Notes under the pieces: generated by a model
Told to the model about the DNA's origin: nothing
Databases searched by the model: none
What the model saw: the letters and a program-made list of their open reading frames with translations, nothing else
Part shown: positions 26,695 to 34,803 of the stretch, piece after piece
Layout: the number at the start of each line of letters is the position of its first letter
Position numbering within the stretch: position 1 is the first letter of the stretch
Translations under genes and position numbers: made by a program
Assembly: GCA_046593995.1 (NCBI GenBank)
Contig: JBKJQC010001264.1
Location: forward strand, 1-50,887
Direction of reading: 5' to 3'
From: Polyangiales bacterium
GTDB taxonomy: Bacteria > Myxococcota_A > Polyangia > Polyangiales > JADJMO01
Length of the DNA: 50,887 nt

Positions 26695-27320
26695 GTGCGC
26701 CTCCGGGCGAGCGTCACGCCGGCGAGGCACGCAGCGACCTCGAGCACGCGACCGAACTCGCGACGGAGCTCGAGGCGGTGCACCGCAGCGATCAGGGAGA
26801 ACACGTCGCCGCCGTTCTGGCAGCCGTGGCACTTCACCTGGAGCGTCCCGTCTTTGCCGACGCGCACCGAGCAGGACGGCGTCCGCTCCTTGTGGAACGG
26901 GCAGAGCACCATCACGCCGCGGGGCTGCCGGCGCGAGCGACGCGTGAGGCCGAGCAGGTGCAGCACGGTCGCCGGGTCCGAGAGCCGGCGGCGGATCTGC
27001 CGGACCTGGTCCTTCCCGTCGTCGTGATCTCGGCCGGCCTGCCGCGCGCGTTCACGCGCCTCGATCTCCGCGATCGCGTCCGCCCGCATGTCGAGCTCGA
27101 GCACGAGCCCGACGGCGATCCTGGTTGCGTCGTCGAGGTTTCGGGCCTGCGTGGAGCTCGTGACGAACCGTTCGCGGTTCTCGTCGTACACGGTCACCGC
27201 CCCGCGGGCGGGGACGAACGTCGCAGGCATGTCCTCGTGCGCGAGCACCTGCCCGCCTGACAGCGTGAACCAACGCGCAGTGATCGCGATCGCAGGTGTC
27301 GTGTCGCCCAGATCCCACAT
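26691..27320 (-). CDS. CHC2 (DnaG-type) zinc-finger protein without recognisable TOPRIM domain
   Basis: 209 aa. C-terminal motif CPFHKERTPSCSVRVGKDGTLQVKCHGCQNGGDVFSL. Confidence 0.8.
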   Translation of the reverse strand: MWDLGDTTPAIAITARWFTLSGGQVLAHEDMPATFVPARGAVTVYDENRERFVTSSTQARNLDDATRIAVGLVLELDMRADAIAEIEARERARQAGRDHDDGKDQVRQIRRRLSDPATVLHLLGLTRRSRRQPRGVMVLCPFHKERTPSCSVRVGKDGTLQVKCHGCQNGGDVFSLIAAVHRLELRREFGRVLEVAACLAGVTLARRRT

Positions 27321-27336
27321 CCGACGTGTCCCTCCC

Positions 27337-27675
27337 TCAAGCTCGCTGCGGGACCACTGCCATCAGATGACCAACAACCGTCGCGGCGGAGCGCGCAAGC
27401 ACGCGCGCGCGCTCCATGTCCGCGCGCGCGGCTTCGTGCATTGCCGTCTTCTCGACGATGAAAAAGTGCGTCGACTGAGACGGGAGCGTCGCGACCACGA
27501 CGCGACGCCCGTGGTCCGCGAGCTGCGCCTCGGACACGAAGCAGGCGTGGCCACGGAACTCGGCCGCGCCATCGCCACGACGAACCACAGCGCCCCAACC
27601 GGCCGAACCGCGGAGCCCACCGTCGATCGGTACGACGTGCACCGCGAACGCGATCTGATAGGGCGCACCGTTCAC
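27337..27675 (-). CDS. hypothetical protein
   Basis: GTG 27675 is in a GTGA overlap. 112 aa: VNGAPYQIAFAVHVVPIDGG... The rest of track ORF 27337..28077 is shadow. Confidence 0.55.
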   Translation of the reverse strand: MNGAPYQIAFAVHVVPIDGGLRGSAGWGAVVRRGDGAAEFRGHACFVSEAQLADHGRRVVVATLPSQSTHFFIVEKTAMHEAARADMERARVLARSAATVVGHLMAVVPQRA

Positions 27676-28031
27676 GAGCTCGCTCCCGCGCGACAGCGCT
27701 CGAGCGACGCCGCGAACTCTTCCTCGGTCGTCACCACGCCAACGAACCAGCCGAGCGCCCGCCAGGCCCGGTGTACGGCGTCCTGGTGCGCCTTCGGCTT
27801 CTTGCCCGGCACCTTGAGCTCCCAGCCCGCGGCGCGCCCGTCGACGGAGCCCACGAGATCCGGCGACCCTTCGCCGAGGCCGAACGTCAGGTGGCCGGGC
27901 CCGAACGGATTCGGGACCGTCTTGACCGTGTTCACGAGCAGAAGCACGCCCGGCTCCGCGCCGAAGCGCAGCAGGATGCGGTTCTGCAGCTGCGCTTCCT
28001 CGTTCGAGGGGAGCGCACGCACGGGCCTCAT
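27672..28031 (-). CDS. VRR-NUC domain nuclease
   Basis: ATG 28031 is in an ATGA overlap. 119 aa with GSPDLVGS...GWELKVPGKKPKAHQ (D...ExK). Confidence 0.8.
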   Translation of the reverse strand: MRPVRALPSNEEAQLQNRILLRFGAEPGVLLLVNTVKTVPNPFGPGHLTFGLGEGSPDLVGSVDGRAAGWELKVPGKKPKAHQDAVHRAWRALGWFVGVVTTEEEFAASLERCRAGASS

Positions 28032-29389
28032 CGCGACCCCGCTGCGCGCGCAGCCGGCGCGGCCGGCTCGTACCCACGACCGAACCGCTTCTTGAACTCG
28101 GCCTCCGCCCAATTCCGTGCCGCGCCCTCGCGCATGCGCCGCCGCGTCTTCGCCACGTGGACGAGGCTGAAGAAGTACGACGCGTCGCGGTCCGCTTGCG
28201 ACAGGCCGTCGAGACGCTGCTCGCGAAGCGCCTCGCGCTCCTCGCGCGTCAGCACGCGCGGCAACTTCGTCTCGGCCACCGTCATGTCCACGCGCTCGCC
28301 GCATCGAGGACACCGGACGGCGGGACGGAAGATCGCCGCGCAGGCCATGCAGCGCCGGAGCGATGTGAGCTTCTCGGTCCGGCGGGGCTTCCCGCCCAGC
28401 GACCACACGCGGTCCTCGTCGGGGAGCCCGTGGAGGTTCACCGACCCGCGCAGGTCGTAGACGGTGCAGCGCGTCTTGCCGGTGGCGGGCGAAGGGCGGA
28501 GCCCTCGGCCGATCGCCTGCAGAAGCGCGCTCGTCACGCCGAAGTCGCGCGCGAGGATGATCCCCTCGATCGCGGGCAGGTCGAACCCCTCGATGAAGAC
28601 GTTCACCGAGACGAGCACTCGCACGGAACCTTCTGTGACCGCGGCGCGAAGGCGCGCGCGCTCGGGTCGTGGCGTGTCGCCGCTGACCACGGCGGCGGGG
28701 ATCCCGCGCGCGTTGAACCCGTAGGCGACCCACTCTGCATGGTTCACCGTCGCCGTGAACACGAGAGCCCGCTTCCCCGGCATCGCCCGCTCGTATGCGT
28801 CGACGGGCTCCGAGAGCAGCGCGTCCGTCGGCTCCGTCGTCGCGAGGACGTCGCAGGGCACCAGGTGCTTCGCGACGGTGAGCTCGCGGACCGAGGGCCC
28901 GAGCACCAACTCCTCGAACACGTCGCCGAGGGGCTGCCCGTCGCCACGCTGCGGCGTCGCCGTGAGACCGAGGATGAACGCGTGCGGGTAGGCCTCGAGG
29001 ACCGCGCGCACGGTCGACGCCATCGCACGGTGGCACTCGTCGACGATGACGAGGTTGGCGGCCGGGCGCTCGCCGCGCGCGTGGAGCGTCTGCAGGCTGC
29101 AGACCTGGACGGGCGCGAGCGGTTCCGCACGACGCCCGGCCTGCACGAAGCCGGCGTAGATCCCGGCCTCGGTGAGGCGCTGGTGCGTGTCCTCGATCAG
29201 GCTGTCGAGGTGCGCGGCGAACACCACCTTGTTCCCGCGCGCGAGCGAGCGGCGGATGATCTCCGACGCCGTCGCGGTCTTTCCCCCGCCCGTCGGCAGC
29301 TGCATCACGACGCTGCGACGCCCACGAGCGAACGCTCGCGAACATCGCGCGACGAGATCCTGCTGGTACGGACGGAGGACGATCGTCAT
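28028..29389 (-). CDS. SF2 DEAD/DEAH-box helicase
   Basis: 453 aa. Motifs LPTGGGKT, IVDECH, LTATP, QAIGRGLR, plus a C-terminal CxxC...CxxC. Confidence 0.9.
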   Translation of the reverse strand: MTIVLRPYQQDLVARCSRAFARGRRSVVMQLPTGGGKTATASEIIRRSLARGNKVVFAAHLDSLIEDTHQRLTEAGIYAGFVQAGRRAEPLAPVQVCSLQTLHARGERPAANLVIVDECHRAMASTVRAVLEAYPHAFILGLTATPQRGDGQPLGDVFEELVLGPSVRELTVAKHLVPCDVLATTEPTDALLSEPVDAYERAMPGKRALVFTATVNHAEWVAYGFNARGIPAAVVSGDTPRPERARLRAAVTEGSVRVLVSVNVFIEGFDLPAIEGIILARDFGVTSALLQAIGRGLRPSPATGKTRCTVYDLRGSVNLHGLPDEDRVWSLGGKPRRTEKLTSLRRCMACAAIFRPAVRCPRCGERVDMTVAETKLPRVLTREEREALREQRLDGLSQADRDASYFFSLVHVAKTRRRMREGAARNWAEAEFKKRFGRGYEPAAPAARAAGSR

Positions 29390-30075
29390 CCGCTCACTCC
29401 GGCGAGCCGGCGAACATCGGGAGGCCCGTATCCGTGATCACCTTGGTGCGAACGCCCGCGAACGCGTCTCGCACGATCTCGCTCGGCTGGAAGAGGTGGT
29501 ACGAGAAGATCGGCCGGCCCGTTCTGCATCTGGAACCGCACGCGCGCCTCGACGCGGTACATGGTTCCGTTCTCGAAGACCGGGAGCTTCAGGAGGAAGG
29601 CGCGCGGGATCGTCGTGCTCGCGGTGTCGTTCTCGAGCTTCGAGATGAGCGAGCCCTCGCCGGTCGTCGGGTTGATGATCCGCGAGAACTCGCCCTTCGT
29701 GCGCACTGTCAGGTTCCGCGCCATGAGCAGCACGTCGGCGGGCTTCGCCACGTCCTTCTCGGTAGCCTCTGGGCTCGCGAGGTCCGTCATGTTCGCGTCG
29801 ATGAACTCGCCGAACTGGTCCTGCGTCATCGCCTTGCCGTCGTTCGCGATCCAGAGCTCCCACTGGTCCGAGAGCGGGCAGTCGTAGATCGAGCGATGCT
29901 CGCCCCAGCGCGCGCCGCTGTCGCTTCCTGCGCGGTGGTAGTCGAGGACGGCGGTGAGTTTGGTGTTCACTACGTCCGCAAAGACGACGGAGTCGGCGTC
30001 CTTGAAGCGGTTCGCGTCGCCGCCGCAGCCACCGCTCTTCAGCTCCGTGAAACCATTCGTCGTCGGGTTCGCCAT
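29386..30075 (-). CDS. DUF2303 (YfdQ-like) protein, apparent +1 frame break near the 3-prime end
   Basis: ATG 30075 with GAGGAG upstream. After codon ~185 (29518-29520) the annotated frame becomes Arg/Pro junk. The +1 frame reads GRPIFSYHLFQPSEIVRDAFAGVRTKVITDTGLPMFAGSPE and stops at 29394. Confidence 0.75.
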   Translation of the reverse strand: MANPTTNGFTELKSGGCGGDANRFKDADSVVFADVVNTKLTAVLDYHRAGSDSGARWGEHRSIYDCPLSDQWELWIANDGKAMTQDQFGEFIDANMTDLASPEATEKDVAKPADVLLMARNLTVRTKGEFSRIINPTTGEGSLISKLENDTASTTIPRAFLLKLPVFENGTMYRVEARVRFQMQNGPADLLVPPLPAERDRARRVRGRSHQGDHGYGPPDVRRLAGVSG

Positions 30076-30086
30076 GTTCGTGCTCC

Positions 30087-30410
30087 TCACGCCTGCGGCT
30101 TCAGCGCCGTGACGTTCCTCAGTGGCATCTGCTTCGGGTCGTTGCGCGTCGTGTTGCCCTCTTCGTCCGTGTAGAAGAGGGTCGGCCCGGTCGCGGGTGC
30201 GGGGAGCTTGCTCGTGACCTTCGCGTCGACGCGGAGCATCGAGCCGCGTTCGAGCTTGGCGGAGAGCTTGATCGTCAGCTCGCCGGGCTTGTTCACCTCG
30301 CGGACCTTCTTCACGAGCTCGGCCCAGAGCGCCGTGAGCTGTTCGTGAACGTGGCCGTCGTCGAGGTCGGTCAGGACCTCCTCGAAGTTCCTCAGATCGT
30401 TCTTCGCCAT
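30087..30410 (-). CDS. hypothetical protein
   Basis: 107 aa from MAKNDLRNFEEV (ATG 30410, AGGAG upstream). The upstream part of the track ORF is shadow. Confidence 0.7.
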   Translation of the reverse strand: MAKNDLRNFEEVLTDLDDGHVHEQLTALWAELVKKVREVNKPGELTIKLSAKLERGSMLRVDAKVTSKLPAPATGPTLFYTDEEGNTTRNDPKQMPLRNVTALKPQA

Positions 30411-30415
30411 CGTGG

Positions 30416-30619
30416 TCAGATCTCCTTCTTCGGTTCTGCGCCACGGTCGGCGCCGGGCTTGTTCAGGTGACAGAACATCTGCGGCTCGCCGTCGATCACG
30501 AGCAGCGCGGGACGGCCCTCCGCTTCGGCGAGAAGGAAGACGTTCACCGCGTCGTCGGCATGCGCGTAGTGCGCGGTGCCGTGCTCGAGCTGCACGGCGT
30601 GGCGGAGGGTGGTCGGCAT
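30416..30619 (-). CDS. hypothetical protein
   Basis: 67 aa from MPTTLRHAVQLEHG. ATG 30619 shares 1 nt with the methyltransferase stop. Confidence 0.6.
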   Translation of the reverse strand: MPTTLRHAVQLEHGTAHYAHADDAVNVFLLAEAEGRPALLVIDGEPQMFCHLNKPGADRGAEPKKEI

Positions 30620-31161
30620 CACTCGACCTCCAGGATCCCGACGGTCGGCGGGCGCCCGTTCCAGACCGCCCAGAAGTAGTCGGTCGCGTCGGTGCCCTTG
30701 CCGGTGAACGAGGGACGCTTCGGGAGGACGTAGACGCTCGGCGTGTTGCGCCGCATCCACGGCGCACGCTTCTGGGACGCGAGCCAGGGGAGGCGGAGGA
30801 GCATCGCGACGGTGCCGCCGAGGCGAACTTCGAGGAGTGCCTTCTGCACGAACTCCATCGCGAACGCGTACGGCGGGTTCGTGAGGATCAGGCGCGGCCG
30901 TTCCCAGCCGACGGTGAGCGCATCAGAGCAGCGGGAACCGCTCTTCGCTGCGCGCTCCTCGTCGCTCTCGATGCCTTCAACGACTGCGTCTGGCCACGTC
31001 TCGCGCAGCACGCGGAGGATCGCTCCGTCTCCGGCGCACGGATCGAGCATCGTGTCGCCCTCGCCGGCGGGGCCGTAGTGCAGGCCGTAGCGGCAGACGT
31101 GCGGGAGGATCGCCCTCACGGCCCAGGCCGGAGTCGCGAAGAAGTCGTCTGGGTGGCGCAC
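30619..31161 (-). CDS. DNA N6-adenine (NPPY-type) methyltransferase
   Basis: Motif I MLDPCAGDGAIL and motif IV ILTNPPYA. Coding-like third positions begin only near GTG 31161. The track start GTG 31260 gives 33 codons with poor G/C3. Confidence 0.8.
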   Translation of the reverse strand: MRHPDDFFATPAWAVRAILPHVCRYGLHYGPAGEGDTMLDPCAGDGAILRVLRETWPDAVVEGIESDEERAAKSGSRCSDALTVGWERPRLILTNPPYAFAMEFVQKALLEVRLGGTVAMLLRLPWLASQKRAPWMRRNTPSVYVLPKRPSFTGKGTDATDYFWAVWNGRPPTVGILEVE

Positions 31162-31256
31162 GTACCCCGTCTTGGCGCCGTGTCCGGGTCGTGGCTGACC
31201 AAGAACTCGCGCACACGCTCGAGCTGCTGATTCGCGAACGGGGGCTCGGGTGAGCG

Positions 31257-31868
31257 TCACCGAACAGCGCGCAGTCCGCGTAGGCGTCGCTGCGCGCTCG
31301 CTTGCGGATGCTCTCCGCTACCTCGATCGCTGTCGTAGACGTTCTCCATGCCGTGCAAGGCGTACGCGTCGATGCGGGCGTGGCTCCACTGGGTCATGGG
31401 GGTGTTGTCGATCACGCGGATCACGCGCGTCGGTCGTCCGCTCCTTCGCGCCGTGGTGTTCGCGGCGGTCGCGTTCTCGACGCCGTCGTGTTCGCTCACG
31501 ACCACGCCGCGCTTGTCGACGACGCGACAGCGTGAAGGCGAAGGGGCCGGGAGAGACGCGCCGGCTTCCTTCTGTGTCGGGTCTTCCCCCTCGAGCGTCT
31601 CCTCGAGGGCGTGATCGGTAGTAGGGCTCGCGTCCGAGGAGCTCGCGCTCTCTTCGCTCGCACGCGGTCCGCCATGGACAGGGACCTCCTTCCCTTTGCG
31701 CGTTCGCACGCGCGTCACCTTGGGCGGCCAGATGACCGCGCCGAGGATCGCCTCGGGGTCGTCGAGCAGCGTGTCGACGAGCTCGGCCACGACGCGCTCG
31801 ACCGAACGCACCGGCGAGGGCGTGCGTGCGGCGCTCGACGGCGCGAACCACGGGAGCGCGGCGGGCAC
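31257..31868 (-). CDS. hypothetical protein; 3-prime ~70 nt look out of frame
   Basis: GTG 31868 lies 3 nt after the upstream TAA. G/C3 is good down to ~31330 and then collapses; see finding. Confidence 0.55.
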   Translation of the reverse strand: MPAALPWFAPSSAARTPSPVRSVERVVAELVDTLLDDPEAILGAVIWPPKVTRVRTRKGKEVPVHGGPRASEESASSSDASPTTDHALEETLEGEDPTQKEAGASLPAPSPSRCRVVDKRGVVVSEHDGVENATAANTTARRSGRPTRVIRVIDNTPMTQWSHARIDAYALHGMENVYDSDRGSGEHPQASAQRRLRGLRAVR

Positions 31869-31871
31869 GGC

Positions 31872-32378
31872 TTACTTCGCCTCCGCCATCAGGGTGGCGA
31901 TCAGGCGCATCGCGGCAGCGCCCTTCGGTCCGAGATTCGGCGAAGCCTGCAGCGCGTTCACGACCTCGCGCACCTTGGCGAGCGCCATCGTGAGCGTGGC
32001 CTCGAGTTCGACGAACGCGGCGATCTCCTCCGGCCGGTAGGTGACCGAGGTGCAGTCCTCGAGGCCGTCACCCGCGGCGTGGGCTGCGGGCGTCGGCGCG
32101 GACGCTGCGGGGGCCGTCGGGCGCGGAGTCCCGCTTCGCTTCGGCGCGCTTCGAGGCGCGGAGTCCCGCTTCGCTTCGGCGCGCTTCGAGGCGACTCGCA
32201 GGGTGGCCCAGTCGTAGTTGCGGGCGTTCAGCTTTTCGGCGTGCAGCCGGCCAGTGAGCACGAGCTTCGAGAGCGTCGCCGACAGCGAGCCTTCGGTCAG
32301 GCCGGCGCGCTTCGCTAGCACCTCGCGATCGACGATGCCCTCGCCGACCGCCTCGATGATTTTCTCTGCTCCGGTCAT
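31872..32378 (-). CDS. winged-helix DNA-binding protein
   Basis: ATG 32378 is in an ATGA overlap with the SLT stop. Reads MTGAEKIIEAVGEGIVDREVLAKRAGLTEGSLSATLSKLVLTGRL, followed by a basic/Pro-Ala linker. Confidence 0.7.
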   Translation of the reverse strand: MTGAEKIIEAVGEGIVDREVLAKRAGLTEGSLSATLSKLVLTGRLHAEKLNARNYDWATLRVASKRAEAKRDSAPRSAPKRSGTPRPTAPAASAPTPAAHAAGDGLEDCTSVTYRPEEIAAFVELEATLTMALAKVREVVNALQASPNLGPKGAAAMRLIATLMAEAK

Positions 32379-32782
32379 TCGCATCCCCCCGCCGCTCGGC
32401 AGCGGCTCTCGACCAACCTCTTCGCCCCGTCGCAGCGACCCGAGGCGAACGCGCGCCACGCGCCGAGTTCGGACCCGCACGCAGTGCGCAAGACCCCGAT
32501 CAGGCGAAGCGCCGATCGGTACCCCTCGCGCGCGTCGCACCGGGCCTCCTCGGCGCCGTGCACCTGCATCAAGCCGATGGCGCGGCCGTGGTCACCCTCG
32601 GCGCATGCGTCCCACCGCGACTCCGACCAGGACCAGACGAGCAGCAGGCGAGCGGTCGCAGGATCGTCGGGCCCGACCACGTCGACGATCGCCTCGATCG
32701 CGGCGAGCCCGCGCGGCATCGTCGTCGCGATCGACGTGGACTCGCGCGCGAGGAGCACCAGGAGGAGCAGGTGCAGGCTCAC
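32375..32782 (-). CDS. lytic transglycosylase (SLT domain) with N-terminal hydrophobic signal/anchor
   Basis: 135 aa. Contains WSWSESRWDACAEGDHGRAIGLMQV (catalytic Glu context). The N-terminus is MSLHLLLLVLLA. Confidence 0.85.
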   Translation of the reverse strand: MSLHLLLLVLLARESTSIATTMPRGLAAIEAIVDVVGPDDPATARLLLVWSWSESRWDACAEGDHGRAIGLMQVHGAEEARCDAREGYRSALRLIGVLRTACGSELGAWRAFASGRCDGAKRLVESRCRAAGGCE

Positions 32783-32946
32783 GGCGGACCGCCGACGATC
32801 GAGAGACAGACGACGAACACGGCGGCGATCACGAGCGCCACGAGCGCGGCGTTGACGATGTCGAGGCTGACCGATCGCCGTTGCGCGTTCAGTCGCTGTT
32901 CAGTGCGCTGGGGGGGCCGCGAGCAGCCGCCGCGGTGCGCGCTCAC
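32779..32946 (-). CDS. small single-pass membrane protein
   Basis: GTGA overlaps at both ends. 55 aa ending ...SLDIVNAALVALVIAAVFVVCLSIVGGPP. Below the track size cut-off. Confidence 0.5.
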   Translation of the reverse strand: MSAHRGGCSRPPQRTEQRLNAQRRSVSLDIVNAALVALVIAAVFVVCLSIVGGPP

Positions 32947-33206
32947 AGGTCACCGCGCGCGATTGCCGCTCGCCACTCGCGCACGGCGCCGACGATTTCC
33001 TCGAACTCGTCGTCCTTCACGAACAGCAGGTCGACGACACGGATGGTCTTGCGGTCGGCCTCGCCGGCGGTCGCGCACGCATCGAGGTGGCTGCGATCTT
33101 GGTCGGCGGCGGCCGCCCACTCGATCCGGCTGCGCACCGAAATCGCGTGCGACACGATCTCGGCGATCCGCTCGCGCCACCGAAGGTGATGGACCTGCGA
33201 GCGCAC
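32943..33206 (-). CDS. hypothetical protein
   Basis: Only the last 87 aa of track ORF 32943..33500 are plausible (VRSQVHHLRWRERIAEIVSHAISV...). GTG 33206 is the first in-frame start there. Confidence 0.5.
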   Translation of the reverse strand: MRSQVHHLRWRERIAEIVSHAISVRSRIEWAAAADQDRSHLDACATAGEADRKTIRVVDLLFVKDDEFEEIVGAVREWRAAIARGDL

Positions 33207-33298
33207 GGCGCGGCGCCCTACGACTGAACGCGCGAGGGGTTTCGCGCGTGCGGTACTGGGACCGGGCTCAGCCGCAGCCTCACGATGCGGTGGATGTT

Positions 33299-33427
33299 TC
33301 ACCACATCCCCCTGGCATCGGCGCGCGCGAGGTCGCGGAACGCCTGCGCGATGTCGACGATGACGAGCGCCGTCGTCACTGCAACGCGGGCAGGGCCGAG
33401 GACGAGGATCGTGAGGGCGTCGATCAT
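33299..33427 (-). CDS. small hydrophobic protein
   Basis: ATG 33427 with ACAGGAGACCCC upstream. 42 aa: MIDALTILVLGPARVAVTTALVIVDIAQAFRDLARADARGMW, with G/C-ending codons. Confidence 0.5.
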   Translation of the reverse strand: MIDALTILVLGPARVAVTTALVIVDIAQAFRDLARADARGMW

Positions 33428-33527
33428 GGGGTCTCCTGTGGCTGCGGTGACGAGGACTGCGGCGACGCAAGCTTGGTTTTGGGCCGATCAAAGCCCGCAA
33501 CGCTGGGGGGCGCGCGGGCGGGGCGAG

Positions 33528-34382
33528 TCAGTCGTTCGTGCCGGTGCCGGGCTTCTTGATCGAGATCGCTACGACGTTGAACATGTCGGGCTGCGTCGGC
33601 GGTTTCGGCTGGCGATCCGACGCGATGTCGCGTGCCGTCAGCAGCATGCTCGCGAGCTTGCGCGTCGCCTCGCCCTCCGCTCCACCGACAGGAAGCAGTC
33701 CCCACGCGCGGAACGAATGGCCGACCGCGTCGCGCAGTTCGCGCTCGCCCTTCTTGTGCCGCGACTTCCATGTCGGCACCGTCCGAGGTTCGCCGGTCCA
33801 GAGGTCTGCGTACTCGCGCAGCTGGCTGCGGATCGCGTTCGCTCCCGCACGGCCGATGACGCCACCGAACGTGGACGGCTGCGCCGCGAACTTCTTGTCG
33901 ATCGCGTCGAGCATGCGAAGTTCCAGCGACGCCTCGCGACGCTCGGCACGCTCCTCCATCGCGAGCATTGCTGTCGCGAATCGGTCGAACGCGGCGCCGA
34001 TCATCAGCGTGACGTGCGACGCGTCTGGATCCTGATCGCGTCGACCGAAGAAGTGGACCGCGAGCGCGTCGGCGCACTCGTTCTGGTAGCGCTCCAACTT
34101 CGGACGAACGGCAGGGGCGACGCGCGACGCCTCGATCGTCGCGAGCCACATCGGCAGCGACTTGAGGTCGATGCAGAACGTGTCTTGCAATCGGCCAGCG
34201 TCGTCACGAACAGAGACCATCTCTGTTCGTGCCCACGCCTTGGATCCGAGCTTCACGCGCTGACCATCAGCGTTGACACCGAGCACCTCGCACACGCGCT
34301 TGATCGGGACGAGCACGCGACCGCTCGCATCGCGAGCGGCGAGCAGTTCGTCACCGTGGAAGTTCACCTTCACGAGATCCAT
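33528..34382 (-). CDS. phage antirepressor (Ant/P22 AR N-terminal-type)
   Basis: ATG 34382 (MDLVKVNFHGDELLAARDASGRVLVPIKRVCEVLGV...); track GTG 34409 is an alternative. Lies downstream of the cro-like gene. Confidence 0.75.
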   Translation of the reverse strand: MDLVKVNFHGDELLAARDASGRVLVPIKRVCEVLGVNADGQRVKLGSKAWARTEMVSVRDDAGRLQDTFCIDLKSLPMWLATIEASRVAPAVRPKLERYQNECADALAVHFFGRRDQDPDASHVTLMIGAAFDRFATAMLAMEERAERREASLELRMLDAIDKKFAAQPSTFGGVIGRAGANAIRSQLREYADLWTGEPRTVPTWKSRHKKGERELRDAVGHSFRAWGLLPVGGAEGEATRKLASMLLTARDIASDRQPKPPTQPDMFNVVAISIKKPGTGTND

Positions 34383-34442
34383 CACCGACACCTCTCTCTC
34401 GTGCGCCACTGCAAACCCCGGCGCGCGTGCGGGGAGAGCGGG

Positions 34443-34721
34443 TCAGGTGCCGGTGGGGCGCTCGGCGGGGACGTCGGCGACCGTCTCACGCGGGAGCGAT
34501 GCGATCTCGTCGGCGGTGAGCCAGTCCTCGATCGCGATTCCGAATCGACGGTGCAGGTACTCCACCTCGACGAGCCCAGGCGTGCGCTCGCGGGTGAGCC
34601 AACGCGACACGAGTCCGCGCGCGACGCCCATCTCCTGTTCGAGCAGGTACTTTCGAATGCCTGAGGACGAGATCGCCTCGGCTAGCAGTTCAGGCCCGCG
34701 CCCCGCGGATCGCTTCGGCAT
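34443..34721 (-). CDS. Cro-like XRE-family HTH regulator
   Basis: 92 aa with HTH LLEQEMGVARGLVSRWLTRERTPG. Divergent from the CI-like gene. Its ATG lies only 6 nt from the predicted -10. Confidence 0.8.
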   Translation of the reverse strand: MPKRSAGRGPELLAEAISSSGIRKYLLEQEMGVARGLVSRWLTRERTPGLVEVEYLHRRFGIAIEDWLTADEIASLPRETVADVPAERPTGT

Positions 34722-34727
34722 GCCGGC

Positions 34728-34756
34728 ATCTTGTGACGCTCGTCAGATTCTGTCAA
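34728..34756 (-). promoter_or_regulatory. leftward early promoter (-35 TTGACA, 17-nt spacer, -10 CAAGAT)
   Basis: The minus strand reads TTGACA GAATCTGACGAGCGTCA CAAGAT GCCGGC ATG. The operator palindrome fills the spacer. Confidence 0.5.
34733..34746. promoter_or_regulatory. operator O1, GTGAC-GCTC-GTCAG
   Basis: Inverted repeat TGACG..CGTCA inside the leftward promoter spacer. Confidence 0.5.
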
Positions 34757-34788
34757 GTGTCACACGCTCGACGCGCGTTCCGAGTCCT

Positions 34789-34802
34789 CTGACACTCGTC
34801 AG
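34789..34802. promoter_or_regulatory. operator O2, CTGAC-ACTC-GTCAG
   Basis: Perfect 5-bp arms ending 2 nt before the GTG of the CI-like gene. Same consensus as O1. Confidence 0.5.
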
Positions 34803-34803
34803 G

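Noticed and set aside
31162-31260. GTG 31260 (GTGA-coupled) as the methyltransferase start.
   Set aside because: The 33 codons it adds have only ~59% G/C at third positions, against 85-90% elsewhere, and give the junk-like peptide VTLTRAPVRESAARACARVLGQPRPGHG. Another frame looks coding there.
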